64,000 bases of DNA from a bacterium (GTDB lineage: Bacteria; Patescibacteriota; Saccharimonadia; Saccharimonadales; SZUA-47). Location of the stretch: NCBI GenBank assembly GCA_030427365.1, contig JAUHWW010000001.1, positions 31,963-95,962 on the forward strand. Direction: 5' to 3'. Under the pieces are notes generated by a model that saw nothing but the letters and a program-made list of their open reading frames with translations, ran no database searches and was not told the origin of the DNA. A program made the position numbers and the translations under genes. Positions 46,587-55,570 of this stretch are shown here, piece after piece (the first letter of the stretch is position 1; the number at the start of each line of letters is the position of its first letter).

Positions 46587-48032
46587 CTAAAAGGTAAGGC
46601 GCTCAACGGGCGCAAAATCATCGGTCAAAATGCTGCTAGGATCAACGGGAATGAGACTGCTGGCAAAGGCTTGACGAAGCGGAGCAATAATTTCTGTATC
46701 TCCCGCAACAACAATAAAGTTCTGCTTCCGATTTGGAGTAATTGCAGAGCCATCTGTTATGACAATCACGTCTTCAAACACCGATGCTTGCGTCGCCACC
46801 GCGCTCTGCATATATCCATCTGGATAGCGAGAGATAATGTTGCTAATAAACACGCCATAGCCCTGTAGACGCTGCTGCACGGCTGCTGCAGCCTCTTTTG
46901 TGGTCAAATGAAACGGCGGTGTTGTGGCAGAGAAGGCGTCCATAATAATCACATCGAATTGCTCGTCACTGTTTTTCAAAAAGGTTCTACCGTCTTCGTA
47001 GATGGTTTCGACAGTATCGCTGGTATGTCCAAAGTAGCTTCTAGCAATTTCATCAAGTGCTGGGTCGATCTCGACTGATACAACGCGTGAGATATTGTGC
47101 GCGCTCGCGTACTGCCTTGGCAAGGAGTGCACCGCCCCACCGATGATGGCGAGTGAATCTGGTGAAGCTGACAAACGTGTGATGACGTCGTTGATGCGCC
47201 GTCCGTAGTCCAGGACGATGGAGTCAGGACTATCAGGAAACACGCCCGACTGGATGCTTTGACCATCGGTTAATAGGTAGTGAACTGGTTGCCCGTCTCG
47301 TTTGCCCTGGAGCACCTTGTAGCGGGCGTGTGCTGTGTCAGTGTCTAGTAGCACCGCACTTGCGGCAGGCGTCGGCGCAATGAGAAGAAGTAGCACTCCA
47401 GCCACAGCAAGCAGCATTCTTCCCCAAAACAGACGGCTGGACTCTGCGATAAAGGAGCTGAGTATAAGGATAAGTGACAGAAAAATGCCAATATCACGCG
47501 AGCCGAAATAGCCAAGAAGCACGTAGCCGCTAACAAATGTTCCAAAGATGCTGCCGAGTGCGCTGGCAGCTTCGAGCCGCCCAATCGATTCACCGCTTGT
47601 TTTGAGCGAGGTAACGCGGATTTTCGCCAGGTGCGGCGTGATAAAGCCGATCAGCAAGCTGGCTGGTCCAAACAGCACCCCAGCAGACAGGAGTGCGCTC
47701 ACGCGAGTGTCCAAGGAGAAGCCATTAATCAGCGATAGCACCGGTTCGGTTAACAAGTTTGATATCAGCAGGCTAAACCCGCCCATCGCGATGATAATGC
47801 CGATATCTTTTGTTGGGTTGTCGCGGTCAGCAACTCGTCCACCCAGCCAGTAGCCGAGAGAGAGAAAGCTTAAAATAGTGCCGATCATCGCCGTCCATAC
47901 GTAGCTGGAAAGCCCAAAGTACGGCGCGAGCAGTCGTCCGCCGGTTATTTCAACGCTCAGCAGCACTGCACTGGTGATAAATGCCACCAGCTCGTAGCGG
48001 TAGCGATTATAAAAGTGTGATAGGTTATTCAT
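46587..48032 (-). CDS. Fused MFS-like/spermidine synthase-family membrane protein
   Basis: EITGGRLLAPYFG, GYWLGG, VEIDP, EDGR and MDAF motifs; start moved to 48032 because the ORF-track start lies inside the tRNA. Confidence 0.85.
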   Translation of the reverse strand: MNNLSHFYNRYRYELVAFITSAVLLSVEITGGRLLAPYFGLSSYVWTAMIGTILSFLSLGYWLGGRVADRDNPTKDIGIIIAMGGFSLLISNLLTEPVLSLINGFSLDTRVSALLSAGVLFGPASLLIGFITPHLAKIRVTSLKTSGESIGRLEAASALGSIFGTFVSGYVLLGYFGSRDIGIFLSLILILSSFIAESSRLFWGRMLLAVAGVLLLLIAPTPAASAVLLDTDTAHARYKVLQGKRDGQPVHYLLTDGQSIQSGVFPDSPDSIVLDYGRRINDVITRLSASPDSLAIIGGAVHSLPRQYASAHNISRVVSVEIDPALDEIARSYFGHTSDTVETIYEDGRTFLKNSDEQFDVIIMDAFSATTPPFHLTTKEAAAAVQQRLQGYGVFISNIISRYPDGYMQSAVATQASVFEDVIVITDGSAITPNRKQNFIVVAGDTEIIAPLRQAFASSLIPVDPSSILTDDFAPVERLTF

Positions 48033-48037
48033 AATTT

Positions 48038-48129
48038 TGGCGGAGAGGATGGGATTCGAACCCACGAAACGAGTCGCCCCGCTTACACGCTTTCCAAGCG
48101 TGCTCCTTCAACCACTCGGACACCTCTCC
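48038..48129 (-). tRNA. tRNA-Ser (anticodon GGA), long variable arm, encoded CCA
   Basis: GGAGAGGTGTCCGAGTGGTTGAAGGAGCACGCTTGGAAAGCGTG...GGTTCGAATCCCATCCTCTCCGCCA folds as a cloverleaf. Confidence 0.96.
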
Positions 48130-48245
48130 GTAGCTACCGCTTTATTCTAGCAGCTTACCAGGGTAAAAAATTGCAGAAAAAACACCTTGCTTACGCTTTG
48201 AAACCAGTGATTAACAGGTTAAACTATAGGAAAGCAGCAAAAACT

Positions 48246-49118
48246 ATGGCAAAAAAGCAGCAAACACCAGTAATCAGTATTGAAGACGTCTCCAAGGTCT
48301 ATGGCTTTGGTGATGCAACAACCGTGGCGCTTGATGAAGTAACGCTCGAGGTTAACAAAGGCGAATTTATCGCTGTCATGGGGCCAAGTGGTTCGGGAAA
48401 AACGACGCTGATGAACATTATCGGTTTGCTCGACCGACCCTCACACGGCCGCTATATGCTGAGTGGCCGCGACGTATCACGCGTGAGCAAAAACCGACGC
48501 GCCAAAGTGCGTCGAGACAACATTGGCTTTATTTTTCAGTCATTTAATCTTTTGCCGAACATGACGGCTTTGGAGAACGTGGCCCTTCCGCTTGCCTACA
48601 AAGGTCGCACAAAAACGCGCCGGCTCAAACTTGCTTCGAACGTGCTGGACCGGGTTGGCTTGTCTGACCGCGAATATTATTTGCCGACGCAGCTCTCGGG
48701 CGGACAGTTGCAACGCGTGGCGATTGCCCGTGCTCTCGCCAATGACCCAAGCATTATTATCGCTGATGAGCCGACCGGTAATCTTGATAGCGTGTCAGCC
48801 CGCGTCGTGATGGAGATGCTCAGTGACATACATAAAACCGGCAATACGGTGATTATGGTGACGCATAACCCTTCCCTGACCCGCTACGCTGACCGCATTA
48901 TCTACATGCTCGATGGCAGCATCGTGTACGACGAAGCGAGTGCGGTGGGCGAGGTACCAAGCCGCGTGCAACGAGCGGTCAACGCACTGCGCCAATCTGA
49001 TGACGATGAGAAATTAGCGAATGTTTCAGCTATGATCGAGACAATGCCTGATAGCAAAAGCGACGACAAGCCGAAGAAGAAGCGGAAGTACAAAAAGCGG
49101 AAGAAGGCGAAGAAATGA
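48246..49118 (+). CDS. ABC transporter ATP-binding protein (MacB/LolD-like)
   Basis: [24 protein letters not shown] and ADEPTGNLD motifs. Confidence 0.92.
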   Translation: MAKKQQTPVISIEDVSKVYGFGDATTVALDEVTLEVNKGEFIAVMGPSGSGKTTLMNIIGLLDRPSHGRYMLSGRDVSRVSKNRRAKVRRDNIGFIFQSFNLLPNMTALENVALPLAYKGRTKTRRLKLASNVLDRVGLSDREYYLPTQLSGGQLQRVAIARALANDPSIIIADEPTGNLDSVSARVVMEMLSDIHKTGNTVIMVTHNPSLTRYADRIIYMLDGSIVYDEASAVGEVPSRVQRAVNALRQSDDDEKLANVSAMIETMPDSKSDDKPKKKRKYKKRKKAKK

Positions 49119-50341
49119 AGCTTTTAATCGAATACTACAAAATGGCGCTGCAGTCGATTCGGGCAGCTCGTTTCCGCTCACTTCTAACGATGTTCGGCAT
49201 CATTATTGGCGTGAGTTCGGTGGTTACAGTTATCTCGCTTGGCGAAGGCGTTCGTCAACAGGTCACGACGCAAGCTGGTGAGGTGTCTGATTCGCTGATC
49301 GTTGTACGCCCTGGCCGCGAGCGCGAAGCTAAGGCTTTTTCGTTGGATTCCCTGCGCTCCTACGTTAACAACAACACCGGCAGTCTGAGCGAGAAAGATT
49401 GGCGTGATACGCAAAAAGTCGAAGGTGTTCGCTCGAGCGTGCCTGTCGGCATCGTTAGTGGCATCGCTGAGTATGAGGAGCGAGAATACTCCGGAAGCAT
49501 TATCGCCAGCACGGAGCGCTTGCCAGTGCTGCTTAACCAAGAGGTAGAGTTCGGTGAGTTCTACGAAGACACTGCGTCATCCAGGCAGAAAACCGCGGTT
49601 ATAGGCCGTGACGTGGCGGAGCAGTTATTCGAAGAAAATGTGCCAATTGGCAAATCATTTCAGATACGCGGCGAAAAGTTCATCGTTATCGGCGTGTTTG
49701 CGCAGCAAGATTCTGGGACGTTTGCTGCGATCAACGTCAACACCTCAATTATGATTCCGTTTGATGCCGCTCGCGATATTGGCGGCACGATCCAGCTGCT
49801 ACAGATTTATATCGAAGCAGCGGAGTCGGCGGATGTTTCGATGGTATCTCAGGCAGTTCGAAAAACGCTGATAGAGAATCACGCTGGTCAGGAGGATTTT
49901 ACCCTGCTGGAGCGTGAGGAAGCGCTTGAAGCGACCAACGCCGTGTTTTATCAGCTTACCGTCTTTATCGCTGGTGTTGCCTTTATCTCATTCATTGTTG
50001 GCGGCATCGGCATCATGAACATTATGTTTGCCACCGTCAGTGAACGTACACGGGAGATTGGCATCCGCAAGGCGATTGGCGCAACAAATTCGCAGATTTT
50101 GGGCCAGTTTATGATGGAGGCAACGGTTCTCAGCCTGGTTGGCGGGATATTTGGCATTGGTCTGGCGCTACTAGCAAATGGGATCATTCGCGTCACATCA
50201 GACTTGCAGCCGGTTACTACGTGGCAAGTTGTCGTTATCGCTGCGGTGATTTCTGTACTGACTGGGATTGTATCTGGGCTTTTACCTGCTGTACGCGCTG
50301 CGAGGAAGGATCCGATTACATCCCTTCGCTCCGGTATCTAA
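49115..50341 (+). CDS. ABC transporter permease (MacB/FtsX-like)
   Basis: RSLLTMFGIIIGV and GGIGIMNIM...ERTREIGIRKAIGA motifs. Confidence 0.92.
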   Translation: MKLLIEYYKMALQSIRAARFRSLLTMFGIIIGVSSVVTVISLGEGVRQQVTTQAGEVSDSLIVVRPGREREAKAFSLDSLRSYVNNNTGSLSEKDWRDTQKVEGVRSSVPVGIVSGIAEYEEREYSGSIIASTERLPVLLNQEVEFGEFYEDTASSRQKTAVIGRDVAEQLFEENVPIGKSFQIRGEKFIVIGVFAQQDSGTFAAINVNTSIMIPFDAARDIGGTIQLLQIYIEAAESADVSMVSQAVRKTLIENHAGQEDFTLLEREEALEATNAVFYQLTVFIAGVAFISFIVGGIGIMNIMFATVSERTREIGIRKAIGATNSQILGQFMMEATVLSLVGGIFGIGLALLANGIIRVTSDLQPVTTWQVVVIAAVISVLTGIVSGLLPAVRAARKDPITSLRSGI

Positions 50342-50376
50342 ACGAACAGTGTGACAAAAAAGGTACAATTAAATAG

Positions 50377-50994
50377 ATGAAGCTTACTCTCAGGCGGTTT
50401 AATAATTTTTTGTCGGTCATCGTTATAGTGCTTGGCCTCTACATCGCTATTACGCCGTTCTTGCCCGTGATAGGCTACTGGTTTACAGACAAGTCGCCGG
50501 AAGCGAGCGCACCGTACGGTGGAGGTTTGGCTGAGCGAGTTGGTAGCTCGAGCGACGCTCCCCCACCCCAGGAGAACCGAATCGTCATTCCGTCTATTCA
50601 GGTGAACGAGCCAATTTTAGAGAGTTCAAACATCGGCGTCATCAATGATGGTGGTACGTGGCGTCGTCCAAACACAGCGACGCCGACTGAGGATGACAAC
50701 ACGGTGATTGTCGGTCATCGTTGGTTTGGTAATGAAGTCTCCACGTTCTATCACCTGGATAAAGTCCAGCCAGGGCAGACTTTGGCGCTGTATTGGGAGG
50801 GTGAAGAACTCTTGTATGAAGTCGTTGCCAAAGAAATTGTCGATGCGACGGCAGTGCAAATCGAAGCGCCAACGGATGAAAAACTGCTAACAATCTATAC
50901 ATGCGATCCAATTTGGACGGCCAGAAATCGGCTCGTTATTGTCGCGAAACCGCTTGTGAATGATACGAATGCTCAGGAGACAGAGGATGTTTAA
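50377..50994 (+). CDS. Sortase (class D/E-like)
   Basis: N-terminal TM, VIVGHR, LTIYTC and RLVI, giving the His-Cys-Arg triad. Confidence 0.9.
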   Translation: MKLTLRRFNNFLSVIVIVLGLYIAITPFLPVIGYWFTDKSPEASAPYGGGLAERVGSSSDAPPPQENRIVIPSIQVNEPILESSNIGVINDGGTWRRPNTATPTEDDNTVIVGHRWFGNEVSTFYHLDKVQPGQTLALYWEGEELLYEVVAKEIVDATAVQIEAPTDEKLLTIYTCDPIWTARNRLVIVAKPLVNDTNAQETEDV

Positions 50995-51124
50995 GAAACT
51001 GCGAAACTGGCAGCTAACAGAAAAGCAACGAACGATTATTTTGCTGTTATTGCTCGCCTTCGCCATCGGGTTTATCATCTGGACCCGCCAGCAGTATTCC
51101 ACGAATTTTGTTGATAGCTTTTAG
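50987..51124 (+). CDS. Small membrane protein, 45 aa (not in ORF track)
   Basis: MFKKLRNWQLTEKQRTIILLLLLAFAIGFIIWTRQQYSTNFVDSF; AGGAG/GAGG RBS; overlaps the sortase stop. Confidence 0.6.
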   Translation: MFKKLRNWQLTEKQRTIILLLLLAFAIGFIIWTRQQYSTNFVDSF

Positions 51125-51786
51125 CTGGCCAAGGAATCAAGCAGTTTTTTATCAAGCGCAGTTAAGCTGTGGAGTTTTAGATCGGCGGTGTTAATGAACG
51201 GGTGGTCAAAGTGTTCTTCATCAGGCACCGCAATACACGTCATTTTTGCGGCTTTTGCCGCCAGCACACCTGAAGGTGAATCTTCAAACACGAGGCAGTG
51301 CTGCGGCTCGACGTTGAGGTGTGAGGCGGTCGATATAAATACTGCCGGATGAGGCTTCCCATGAGTTTCATGTTCTGCAGAGAACAGCTCGACAAAGTAA
51401 TCACGTATGCCGAGTGTGCTGATGACCACATCGATGAGTTCTGATGAAGAGCTTGATGCGACTGCGAGGGGCACGTTTAGAGATTTACAGATATCAAGTG
51501 TTTCCTTGACGCCATCTCGCAGGGTGCCCTCTGCTTTGACCAGCTCAAGTACGCCGTCAATAATACCGGCTTCGATGTCTTTACGAGATTTACCTTCCCA
51601 GGGACGCTCATGAAACCAGTGTTCGACCACCTCATCGATTCGTCTTCCCATTGTCGACTTCATGTCTTCTTCTGTCAGATCAACGCCGACGCTTGCAAAC
51701 ACCTCTTTTGAAGCGCGTCTCCAAAACGGCTCGCTGTCAATTAGCAATCCATCCATATCAAAAATAATTGCTTTGATGTTACTCAT
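51121..51786 (-). CDS. HAD-family sugar phosphatase (YniC/HxpB-like)
   Basis: FDMDGLLIDSE, KPHP and FEDSPSG motifs. Confidence 0.9.
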   Translation of the reverse strand: MSNIKAIIFDMDGLLIDSEPFWRRASKEVFASVGVDLTEEDMKSTMGRRIDEVVEHWFHERPWEGKSRKDIEAGIIDGVLELVKAEGTLRDGVKETLDICKSLNVPLAVASSSSSELIDVVISTLGIRDYFVELFSAEHETHGKPHPAVFISTASHLNVEPQHCLVFEDSPSGVLAAKAAKMTCIAVPDEEHFDHPFINTADLKLHSLTALDKKLLDSLAS

Positions 51787-52810
51787 CCAAAGCTTTCTTC
51801 ATCTTCTCGACGAGGTCTACTGGGGCTGGGTCGACGCCGTTTAAGAGCCCGGTGTACATGCTGACGAAATCGCCGAAGGCTACGAGGTAGAGGATGTGCT
51901 CAAGAATCGTTTCTCCCTTGGCGTCAACAACGTGTGGACTTGGGCGCAGGCCAGATAAGACGCGCTCGGTGACGGTAAAGCGCTTTTGCACGCGCTCATG
52001 CTCGAAGCTAGAGCGCAAATCAATCACGCTGTAGGGTTTATCAACCGGATGCGATGACCAGCCAATGAGTTCGTTGTGCGAGAACTCCGGGATTTCGTTG
52101 CACCAGGCGACGTTTTTGGCGTTTTCGTTGAAGCTTATTTTCCATTTATAGGCGGCTGGGAACATCTTGCTGCCGGCGTAGATCACTGGAGAGGTGCCAG
52201 CGACCTCCAGTGCGAGTTGTTTGGCGGGATTATTTTCAGTTGGGACGTCTGGTAGCCAGTTGGCAATTTCGCTTTTCAAAAAATCAGCTGCTTCGTGAAG
52301 CGTTTTCTCAGCGCCTTCAGCCGCAACCAAACCAGCCCGCTCGAGGATGGTCACCAGTGATTTGAGGCCATTGAGTGCTGCGTAGCGTGGCTGAGCAGAT
52401 TTCGGGAGCAGCGTGAGCGGGTAGCCTTTTGCTTCGGCAATCTCAACGAGTTTACCGCCGCTGGCCGCAACGACGATTTGTGCACCGGCATTTTCGCCGG
52501 CTTCGAGTGCGGATAACGTCTCTTCGGTATTGCCGGAGTAGCTAGAAACGATGAGCAAGGTCTTGTCAGATATGTAGGATGGCGCATCATAGCGGCGCCA
52601 GATTTCAAACGGCACGCTGAAGCCAGGCCAGGTTGTTGCTATCAGCGCCCAGAGTGCTGACCCGCCCATACCGGCAAAGACAATGTTCTCAACTTCGAAG
52701 TCAAGCTGGGGAAGGTCGTACTCGGTTGTGAGCATGTGCCACTGTCCGGCAGCTAAGCCCAGAGCGTCCTGAGTGTCTTTTTGGTGAATGTATTTTAGAT
52801 CGTCTAGCAT
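51779..52810 (-). CDS. Bifunctional phosphoglucose/phosphomannose isomerase (SIS)
   Basis: GMGGS, SYSGNTEET, QPR, NENAK and PEFSHNE motifs. Confidence 0.92.
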   Translation of the reverse strand: MLDDLKYIHQKDTQDALGLAAGQWHMLTTEYDLPQLDFEVENIVFAGMGGSALWALIATTWPGFSVPFEIWRRYDAPSYISDKTLLIVSSYSGNTEETLSALEAGENAGAQIVVAASGGKLVEIAEAKGYPLTLLPKSAQPRYAALNGLKSLVTILERAGLVAAEGAEKTLHEAADFLKSEIANWLPDVPTENNPAKQLALEVAGTSPVIYAGSKMFPAAYKWKISFNENAKNVAWCNEIPEFSHNELIGWSSHPVDKPYSVIDLRSSFEHERVQKRFTVTERVLSGLRPSPHVVDAKGETILEHILYLVAFGDFVSMYTGLLNGVDPAPVDLVEKMKKALDE

Positions 52811-52877
52811 TGTGCCTCTTCCCTTTTATGCTCTATACTATAGCGCAAAGCAATAACAACAAATAAGGGTGGGGTGA

Positions 52878-53465
52878 ATGTTCGGACAGCCAGACGATCA
52901 ACAAATGGGAGCACAATCAGGCGTCGTGCCGCCGCAAAATCCGGCGATGCTCGATAACGTATCAACAGGCCAGCCGAGCGGTGGGCAACAACAACCTGAT
53001 CCAACATTTACCCCGATGGGCGATGGCTCAAATGGGCAGCAGCAACCATCACAGCCAGTCATGAATCAGCCGATGCCGCCGCAGCAGTCGATGGGCACGC
53101 AACAAATGCAGCAACCTGGTCCGATGTACCAGCCACCTGCTGATCACACGCATCATTATCAGCCTCCAGCACAGTCGAGTTCGCAAGCTTCGTTTGCCCC
53201 GGATGTTGGCGGTATCGACAGGCAGAAATTGAACGATCTGAAGAAAGCCGCCATGCACGAGCTGGAAGGGCTTGTCGATAAAATTGATGGCGATCCGGAG
53301 CAAGTTTTCCGCACGACTATGATGATGATTCAGGCGAACGACAATCATGCCTTGCTCGATAGGGCGCTTGAGACGGCCAAGAAGATTACTGATGATAAGA
53401 AGCGCGCCGAAGCGCTGATGGATGTAGTGAACGAGATTAATTATTTTAGTCAGAGCTCTCAATAA
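52878..53465 (+). CDS. Hypothetical protein: Q/P-rich disordered N-terminus and helical C-terminal domain
   Basis: Open frame with purine-rich RBS; strong composition bias. Confidence 0.75.
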   Translation: MFGQPDDQQMGAQSGVVPPQNPAMLDNVSTGQPSGGQQQPDPTFTPMGDGSNGQQQPSQPVMNQPMPPQQSMGTQQMQQPGPMYQPPADHTHHYQPPAQSSSQASFAPDVGGIDRQKLNDLKKAAMHELEGLVDKIDGDPEQVFRTTMMMIQANDNHALLDRALETAKKITDDKKRAEALMDVVNEINYFSQSSQ

Positions 53466-53491
53466 AAAGCCCTGTTCCGACGGGCAAACGG

Positions 53492-53519
53492 CCAATATTT
53501 TTGACGTCAAAAATATTGG
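53492..53519. repeat. Perfect 28-bp palindrome
   Basis: CCAATATTTTTGACGTCAAAAATATTGG is its own reverse complement. Confidence 0.9.
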
Positions 53520-53526
53520 ATAAAAA

Positions 53527-53700
53527 CCGCTCGCGGTTCAGAAAAACATCTTGGCAATACCCGGAAAAACTAACGTTCCTGCGGAACGCTCAAAGGCGGC
53601 CAGCAACTGTTCTCCTAGTTATTTGTTGCTGGCTGGTCCTCGGAAGTGACTCGCTAGTTTTTCCGGGTATTGCCAGAGTTTACTGAAAGCGAGAGAGCGG
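53527..53700. ncRNA. Candidate structured RNA: long rod with central bubble, 6S-like
   Basis: Nested pairings CCGCTC/GAGCGG, TTCAG/CTGAA, a perfect 21-bp stem 53552-72/53655-75, and an inner GGCCAGCAAC/GTTGCTGGCT stem. Confidence 0.45.
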
Positions 53701-53724
53701 CTAGAGCTGGGAGCTCTGCGCCGT

Positions 53725-54249
53725 CTAGCCAAAGAGAAGTTTATGCGCTTTGCGTATGATGTCGGGGTATAGGGGGTATGAGAATTCAAGGGAATCTATC
53801 TCATCAAGATCGTAAAATTCTACCCCTGCAACGTCATCATGGGCTTGTATATCTTTTTTATTGACGATGATTGCAAAGTCCATGGTTAGCGTCGATACAG
53901 ATTCATTGCTGAACTCGTAGTCGTCTGCAGTCCAGCTACAACAAAATAAAGGCGTACTGTAGTCATCACGCTCAAGTTCTAGCTCTTCTAATATCTCTCG
54001 TGACAGGCCGTCTTCTACCGTTTCATTAAGCATGATAAAGCCGCCTGGGAGGTCTTTCTTGCCTTTATTCGGGTCAATTCCTCTTGTTGAAACAAGAACT
54101 TGGCCGGCCGGATTAAAAATCACAGCCTCGGCGCACGGACGAGAGTTTTCATAACAAAGATTGCCGCAGCTGGAGCATTCCCATGGCTGCTCTTTGCCAT
54201 CAACGTATTTTGCTCCACATAAGTGGCAGTAGTTTTTTACAATCTTCAT
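53725..54249 (-). CDS. NUDIX hydrolase with N-terminal zinc ribbon
   Basis: CxxC...CxxC and LPGGF...ETVEDGLSREILEE motifs. Confidence 0.88.
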   Translation of the reverse strand: MKIVKNYCHLCGAKYVDGKEQPWECSSCGNLCYENSRPCAEAVIFNPAGQVLVSTRGIDPNKGKKDLPGGFIMLNETVEDGLSREILEELELERDDYSTPLFCCSWTADDYEFSNESVSTLTMDFAIIVNKKDIQAHDDVAGVEFYDLDEIDSLEFSYPLYPDIIRKAHKLLFG

Positions 54250-54344
54250 TGAGATTATTTTATCATCGAAAGCCTAGCGAAGCTGGCGTTTAAGACTGAG
54301 ACAGTAGCCGAGTTCCTTTGTTTAGAGTAGGGCTTCAGCATCTG

Positions 54345-54848
54345 CTATGTATTGTATGTTACTTCAAAAGAATGCGGTTTTGGGTGCCACTCAATAGAGA
54401 CGTATGATCCAACACCTTCAAAATGATACGGCAGAGATTCTACCGCTACGTCGATAACACCCGAGATTTTATCGTAAAGTGCTCCTTCTGGATCATCCTC
54501 ATCATTACCTGGGTCGTGCCGAAGTACGGCTCTGTGTGGTGAGAAGTCTTTCGAAGTAAAAAAATCAGTAGCCACCTGTAAAAATTCTATTTGCTGAGCA
54601 CTATAATATCTTTGGGCATGACTAAGATAGATCGCTACTTCATCCTCATGAACGAACCCAACCGCAAGAGCATTGCATGAAACGAGTCCACCTGTGTTCA
54701 TAGCCAATCTGGAGCTACTCGGCCCAGATATAGCAGCTGCTTCTGGATATCCAACGTTCATTCGAGGATGCAATAACTTTCGGGGGTTCTCCCAGTTGCT
54801 CGAGAGACGCTTCTGGCCGGGAGCATAGTACTCACCGTAGAATTTCAT
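54345..54848 (-). CDS. Hypothetical protein, possible CheD/CNF1-fold Cys-His hydrolase
   Basis: TGGLVSCNALAV...YLSH motif spacing. Confidence 0.5.
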   Translation of the reverse strand: MKFYGEYYAPGQKRLSSNWENPRKLLHPRMNVGYPEAAAISGPSSSRLAMNTGGLVSCNALAVGFVHEDEVAIYLSHAQRYYSAQQIEFLQVATDFFTSKDFSPHRAVLRHDPGNDEDDPEGALYDKISGVIDVAVESLPYHFEGVGSYVSIEWHPKPHSFEVTYNT

Positions 54849-54852
54849 CTAA

Positions 54853-55473
54853 TCAGTCAGAAATTAGTGATTTTTGTTGATGTCTACGGCTGATGTAGTA
54901 GCCGAGAACTATTGTCACTGCAGGGATAGCGAATAGGATGTCGCCTGCGCCGGTGCTTGGGAGGTCTTCGTCGTTTGAGTCATTGCGAGTAGTATTTGTT
55001 GAAGTATTACTATCACCAGCAACATCGCGAGTGATTGACGCAGCTTCGTCTGAAACCACCCCGCCTTCTTCTACCGCTGATTCATCGCTAGAAGTTGCGC
55101 CATCATTGTCGGTGGTCGAGTCAGCATTGCTCTGATCATTGTCATCTTGGCCAAGTACTGCAATTACTTCGTCATCATCGCTTCGTGGATCAGTTGTCAG
55201 TGGATTCGTGCCATCGACAGTTACTTCACCCTGAGGGGTGTCTTCCTGCGTCGTAGTTTCTGAAGATGAGTCATTATCCGAGATGGTGTCGTACAGCCAC
55301 TTGCCTGCAAAGAATAGGCCGGCGATCACCGCCAGAGTAATGATGAGGCTAAGTAGCGCCATCGCCCAGGCTTTACCTGTGCGCGTACCACTAGAGTTAT
55401 AGCTCGAGCCATAATAATTCTCGAGTTCGGCAATTGTTTGATTGCTGTCTTTGCGGCTAAATGGACTTCTCAT
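54853..55473 (-). CDS. LPSTG sortase substrate with an additional N-terminal TM helix
   Basis: LPSTG, hydrophobic helix and RRH tail; acidic S/T/D linker; upstream promoter TTGACT-17-TAAAAT at 55555-55527. Confidence 0.78.
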   Translation of the reverse strand: MRSPFSRKDSNQTIAELENYYGSSYNSSGTRTGKAWAMALLSLIITLAVIAGLFFAGKWLYDTISDNDSSSETTTQEDTPQGEVTVDGTNPLTTDPRSDDDEVIAVLGQDDNDQSNADSTTDNDGATSSDESAVEEGGVVSDEAASITRDVAGDSNTSTNTTRNDSNDEDLPSTGAGDILFAIPAVTIVLGYYISRRHQQKSLISD

Positions 55474-55570
55474 CTGTTATCTCCCAGGTTGTTACAGTTT
55501 TGACACTCTCCCACCTGTATCTATTCATTTTACCACAGAAAGGGTAAAAAGTCAATCCATCTAGGGGTCG

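Noticed and set aside
48033-48065. ORF-track N-terminal extension MGSNPILSAKI
   Set aside because: It is the T-arm and acceptor stem of tRNA-Ser read as codons.
48038-48129. tRNA as the attachment site of an island
   Set aside because: I saw no duplicated tRNA 3' end or integrase in the window.
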